Shown here piece after piece: positions 59,861-64,000 of a stretch of 64,000 nucleotides of DNA. Numbering within the stretch: the first letter of the stretch is position 1; every line of letters starts with the position of its first letter. Source of the stretch: the human T2T-CHM13v2.0 reference genome, Homo sapiens. The translations under genes were made by a program, and so were the position numbers. The notes beneath the pieces were generated by a model. The model saw only the letters and a list, made by a program, of their open reading frames with translations, was not told the origin of the DNA and did not search any database. The stretch lies in NCBI RefSeq assembly GCF_009914755.1, contig NC_060929.1; one strand, 5' to 3'.

Positions 59861-60414
59861 TGTTTTTCTTTGCATCACAAATGGCAAGATTCCACTGATG
59901 AGATTCACCTCCTCAAGATAATTCTCACTAGAAGTTAACTTTGCCACCTCTAAACAAACCCTACTGCAGGTAAGGTTTCATTTGAACAAAATTGTCTTTG
60001 AGTAAAGTATGGCACTAGAAGAGTTTTCTGGGTTTTCACTGTGAAAACCCAGAAAACCCAAAAAAATCTATTAGTAGTTAGTTTTCTTATTATTTTTCTT
60101 TTTAAACTTATAAAATCAATCCAGGAACTTCAAAGCCATAGGATTTTTTGATATATGTTTTTCAAAATATGTACTATTGAGGTGTACCCCATATTAATTT
60201 TGTTACTATTACAATTACATTCATATACTATTACAATTACATTCATATGTAATTTTTAAATTTTATATTGACTGAATTTTTAAACAAACAAAACGTGCTG
60301 ACCTATGATACCAATAGCAACAAAAACAGGCACACACAAAAATCTTACAGAATGCATCTACATGAAACAGTACTCTGGATTTTAAACAAACAGAGTAGAG
60401 GCCAACAAATTTGA

Positions 60415-60625
60415 ACATAGGTTTTGGAAACATAAAGGTCTGCATTTGACTTCCAGCTACAAATTATCAACTACATGATCTTGGGCTGAATGCTCACCTC
60501 TTAGAGCCTAGATTTCCACAACTGTAAATAGGATATGGATATTCCTAAATAACAAGGTTGTGCTGAGAATTAAATGTTTGTAAAACCAAGTACATGGCAA
60601 GACCTACGTGCTAGGTATTATTGTT
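60415..60625 (+). mobile_element. MIR SINE
   Basis: atgatcttgggc...cacctcttagagcctagatttcc...ctgtaaa...ggttgtgctgagaattaaatg. Confidence 0.75.
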
Positions 60626-62170
60626 CTTAAAGTAGAAGAATTCTAAGAGTAATTTTTGTTCTAACTTCCTTCCCCTGGCCCTTCACTCATTTATCAACAA
60701 GGAAAAATGTCTCCAGTTACTTGCTATAGAGCTGTAAAGATAAAAGCTCCAGAACATTCTCCAGCACACACAACACAGAGCTGTCCATAACCTGTCCTAG
60801 AAGCAGAATGCTTTCCTGTATTTTCTGTTTCACTTAATACGATGTCCTTGGAAAGAATTGGCACATTTTTCCCAGTCTAAAAACTGAAAGTTAAGTTTAC
60901 CTTCTAAAATTGTAGCTAAAGCAAAGCCAAACTTAAATTTATTTTTTTCTAAACTTTTCAACTGAATACTCATATCTTATAGTTTATATATAAATAGTAT
61001 TCTTGCCATCGTAAAATTTTGTGTAAAACAATCCAAATCACAGGATAATTGTTACTTTAAGTAATATATTACTGTGGAAATGTAATAGTTGTAAAGAGTG
61101 AAGAATACATTAGAAAGCAATTGAGTGTAATTGCATCCTTGGGATTGCTTTTTGTGCCTGCAGCTGTTTTTTTGCATGAAAAAAAAGCAAAGGTCTGAGA
61201 TGAATTTTTCAGTTGCTACTGAAATTGTAGAGTTTCATGGCTAGCCTTCAACTACTGAATAACATTTAAAGATGAAAAGGCTTTGAAATATATTTTTCTC
61301 AAATACATAGATTTTATCCAGCAACAATAACACAAAGTTTAATTGTTTTCTGTTGGTTTTTCTCTCATCCCTCCATTCCCACACTCCATATAATTCAGGG
61401 GGGATATCAAATAGTATTCCTGAGCAGGAGTCATGGGAATGTCAACCTTTACAAATAATATTAAAAGCAGAAATATAAAAGTAGTAGTAACAAATTATAT
61501 TAAATTTCAGAAGTGTGTAAAAATGATTTACATATAGATGGGTCAATATAGATGGGTCAATATAGCCTAAAAACAAAGATTTCTATAGATTTCCTTTGGT
61601 AATGTAGCATTAATGTGGCATCTTTCTCCTAAAAGCCTGAGGCTTTCTATAACCATGACTAAATTCCCAACATGCCACTTTCAGGAAAACAGAAGAAGCT
61701 GTTAATCTGCCGAGAGCTATGAAAAGTGAGATTCTAAGCAGTTGAGCAGATTGTACCAGGTGAGAGTAAACCAAAGCAAAAAAAACCCGAAGTAACAGCA
61801 GAGCATAATTAAACACTAGGTCCTGTATAGTCTAAACCTTTGACCTGTAGACACTGTGCTTCAGCCTGGTCATAAGGGAAAATAAGCCTAATGCCTATCA
61901 GCTTTAAATCTTTCAGAAAAATAATAATATACCAAATCATATTATATAATGCATAATAACAACTTTCAAAAACCTGTCCCAGAATTTATGATTCCTTGGG
62001 GAGGTGGGGAAGAGCTACTTATAGTCAATCTGTGCATACAACAGAAAAAGAAATAATGAACAATTGTACTTGACGAATATTTACTCCTCCTCTCCTTTTG
62101 AGATATAGTGCAACATACTATCAGAAGTATGTTATTGTCACTATACTAAAGGAGTTTTACAATGGAGGAC

Positions 62171-62676
62171 TGTCACGGCCTTAACAAAGATGGCCTAATG
62201 ACCTTAATATTTCCTTCTGTTTGACTAAATTTTAGACTGGCTTATTCCCAACTATAAGCTCTTGACTTCCATTTTATTTACTTTAGAGAATCTGTAACTG
62301 CAAATTCTTTCTCTGCCCCTCTGAAATGTACAGAAATCTTCTCCAAGCCTCTAGTTAGTTTTACAACCCTTCCTCAAGGACTTGGGCGCCATCTCTTCAA
62401 AATGTGATCATTTAAGGAGATAGTGTCCTATCTTTCAGGCTGCGTGAGAGGGTAGGAGCCTAACTTCTAACTTCTATAAGCACCAATTAGTAAATATAGA
62501 TGGCCTAATTACATTGCCTAACTTCCTCCAGCACTTTTTCACTAGCTACCCCATCAAGTGGAAACTCTTCCATGTTTTGTTTCATTGGAGTTGAGTTGAA
62601 TCTCCCCTATCAAAATAGTCTTGAATTAATTCTTTCCGGCCTGTTTAATTCTGTCTAGTGCATTTTTTCTTTGACA
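62171..62676 (+). mobile_element. MER67-like ERV1 solo LTR
   Basis: TG...CA ends; ttgactaaattttagac, aaattctttctctgcccc, gagggtaggagcctaacttc, gatggcctaattacattg. Confidence 0.8.
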
Positions 62677-63208
62677 ACATATGGGTTCAACAGAAACTGG
62701 ATGACAGAAGAGTTCCATATTTTTGAAAGACTGAAAAGTTATCAACTGCAATAATGTGAATGAAGATGAGCAGTTACAGATTTGAGTCACAAATTGCAAA
62801 TTCTATCTGTCTCTACTTAAATGTAAAGTATAATTGACAACCATGGGTTTCTATCCCATGCATCTCTGTGTCTGCATAGTTTGTAGACAGAGTTAGATAT
62901 AACCTAATTATCCTGGATTACTGTAGAATGAATCTTGAAGATGAGTCTAGAACAAAACTAATGTTCAGAGAATGAAAAGAATATACAGCAAGGCAGTGGG
63001 GGCAGAAAAAAATGATGTGTCAAGAAACCTCAAACAAATTTGCTTTAAATAGAGTGTAAAGTTCAATTGGGAAAAACAAAGAAATGAGTTAATTAAGAAA
63101 TAAATCATGTAACTATAATGCTTAGCTACAGAGAAATCTGTTAGTGGGAAAGTTTAAACACATAGTCTCTGACTCTTAAATAGTCCTTTAAAATAAAGTA
63201 ATTTTAAT

Positions 63209-63296
63209 AAAAAATTTGAAGATTTTAATAAAAAATTGGAAGATTAATTTTCAAAAAAGGATTAAAAATTTGAAGATTAAAAAAAGTTTGAAGATT
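63209..63296. repeat. Degenerate AT-rich tandem repeat (AAAAATTTGAAGATT-like, about 4 copies)
   Basis: aaaaatttgaagatt, aaaaattggaagatt, aaaaatttgaagatt, aaaagtttgaagatt. Confidence 0.7.
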
Positions 63297-63649
63297 CAGA
63301 CAGCCCAAATAATTTGTGTTTTAAATTTGAATTTTCTAAAGAGGATTTTCCTTTTCTTTTCCTTTTGGGCATTAAGGAAGGCTGAGAGGGTTTTTCTTTC
63401 CTCAATATTAAAAAATAATTTATTTATAAAAACTGAATTATTTAAAAAATGTTTTCACAGTAGGGTCACATGTTAAAATATTCCATATGACTATATCATG
63501 CAATACTTTAAATACTTAGATCCATACTGATATTCTGTATCACTTCCTAAAAAGTTCTATACATTTCTTACTATCTACACAAAGCAGTATGTTTTTATTT
63601 ATACCATAATTATTTTTATGGGTATGATAATTAGTATTCCCTTATTATA

Positions 63650-63900
63650 ACTAATCAACTCCAAATTAATAAATTTAACGGCATTATTTTAGTTCACATG
63701 TCATCCTTCCAATATAGGATATTATTGACCACTCTCTTTTCTTCATGATATTTTCTCAGTCCTTTGCATTTAGACACTGTAATAATTGTTATTTTCATTG
63801 TAAAATGTTCTCTTTTTGCCTATAAAACTACATATATAATTTGCCATAATTTCATTCTAGATTTTTTTATCTTAGAAACTTCATCACTTTAATATCTGTC
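63650..63900 (+). mobile_element. L2 ORF2-region remnant
   Basis: attgaccactctcttttcttcatgatattttctc...gcatttagacac resembles the L2 RT region. Confidence 0.4.
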
Positions 63901-64000
63901 TCTGCAAGCCTAAGGAAGTAAGTGTGAGTCATATCTAACATTCCCAGGAAAGACACCTGCATAGGCCTGTGATTGTTTAACAGTGACCCAACAGCAGTTA

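Noticed and set aside
59889-59969. Possible 81-nt exon ending CAG|GTAAGG
   Set aside because: Good donor but a weak acceptor distant from the pyrimidine tract, stops in all frames, no other support

Overview
AT-rich, CpG-depleted primate (hominoid, most likely human) intergenic or deep-intronic DNA. I recognise no protein-coding gene; nearly all listed ORFs are decayed L1 ORF2, Alu, MaLR, Tigger1 or VNTR read-through. The window is dominated by transposable elements. They include a roughly 14-kb minus-strand L1MA host carrying three nested L1PA copies and three Alus (one a near-consensus AluY/Yc1-like copy), a two-LTR MSTA provirus, a near full-length Tigger1, and many MLT1, L2, MIR and MER fragments. 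I found no previously undescribed multi-gene system. The notable signals are traces of past insertion and repair events: (1) an L1PA with a sense-antisense-sense inverted duplication; (2) a tailless 5S rRNA retrocopy with the 5S 3' terminus (GCTT) apparently joined to its 5' end; (3) two short templated copies of sequence lying about 1.35 kb downstream; (4) a short L1 3' transduction; (5) a 48-bp TSD-flanked G-rich mini-retrocopy; and (6) a 39-bp VNTR that arose inside an MLT1 LTR. Subfamily names come from recalled consensus sequences, and boundaries of old repeats are approximate.
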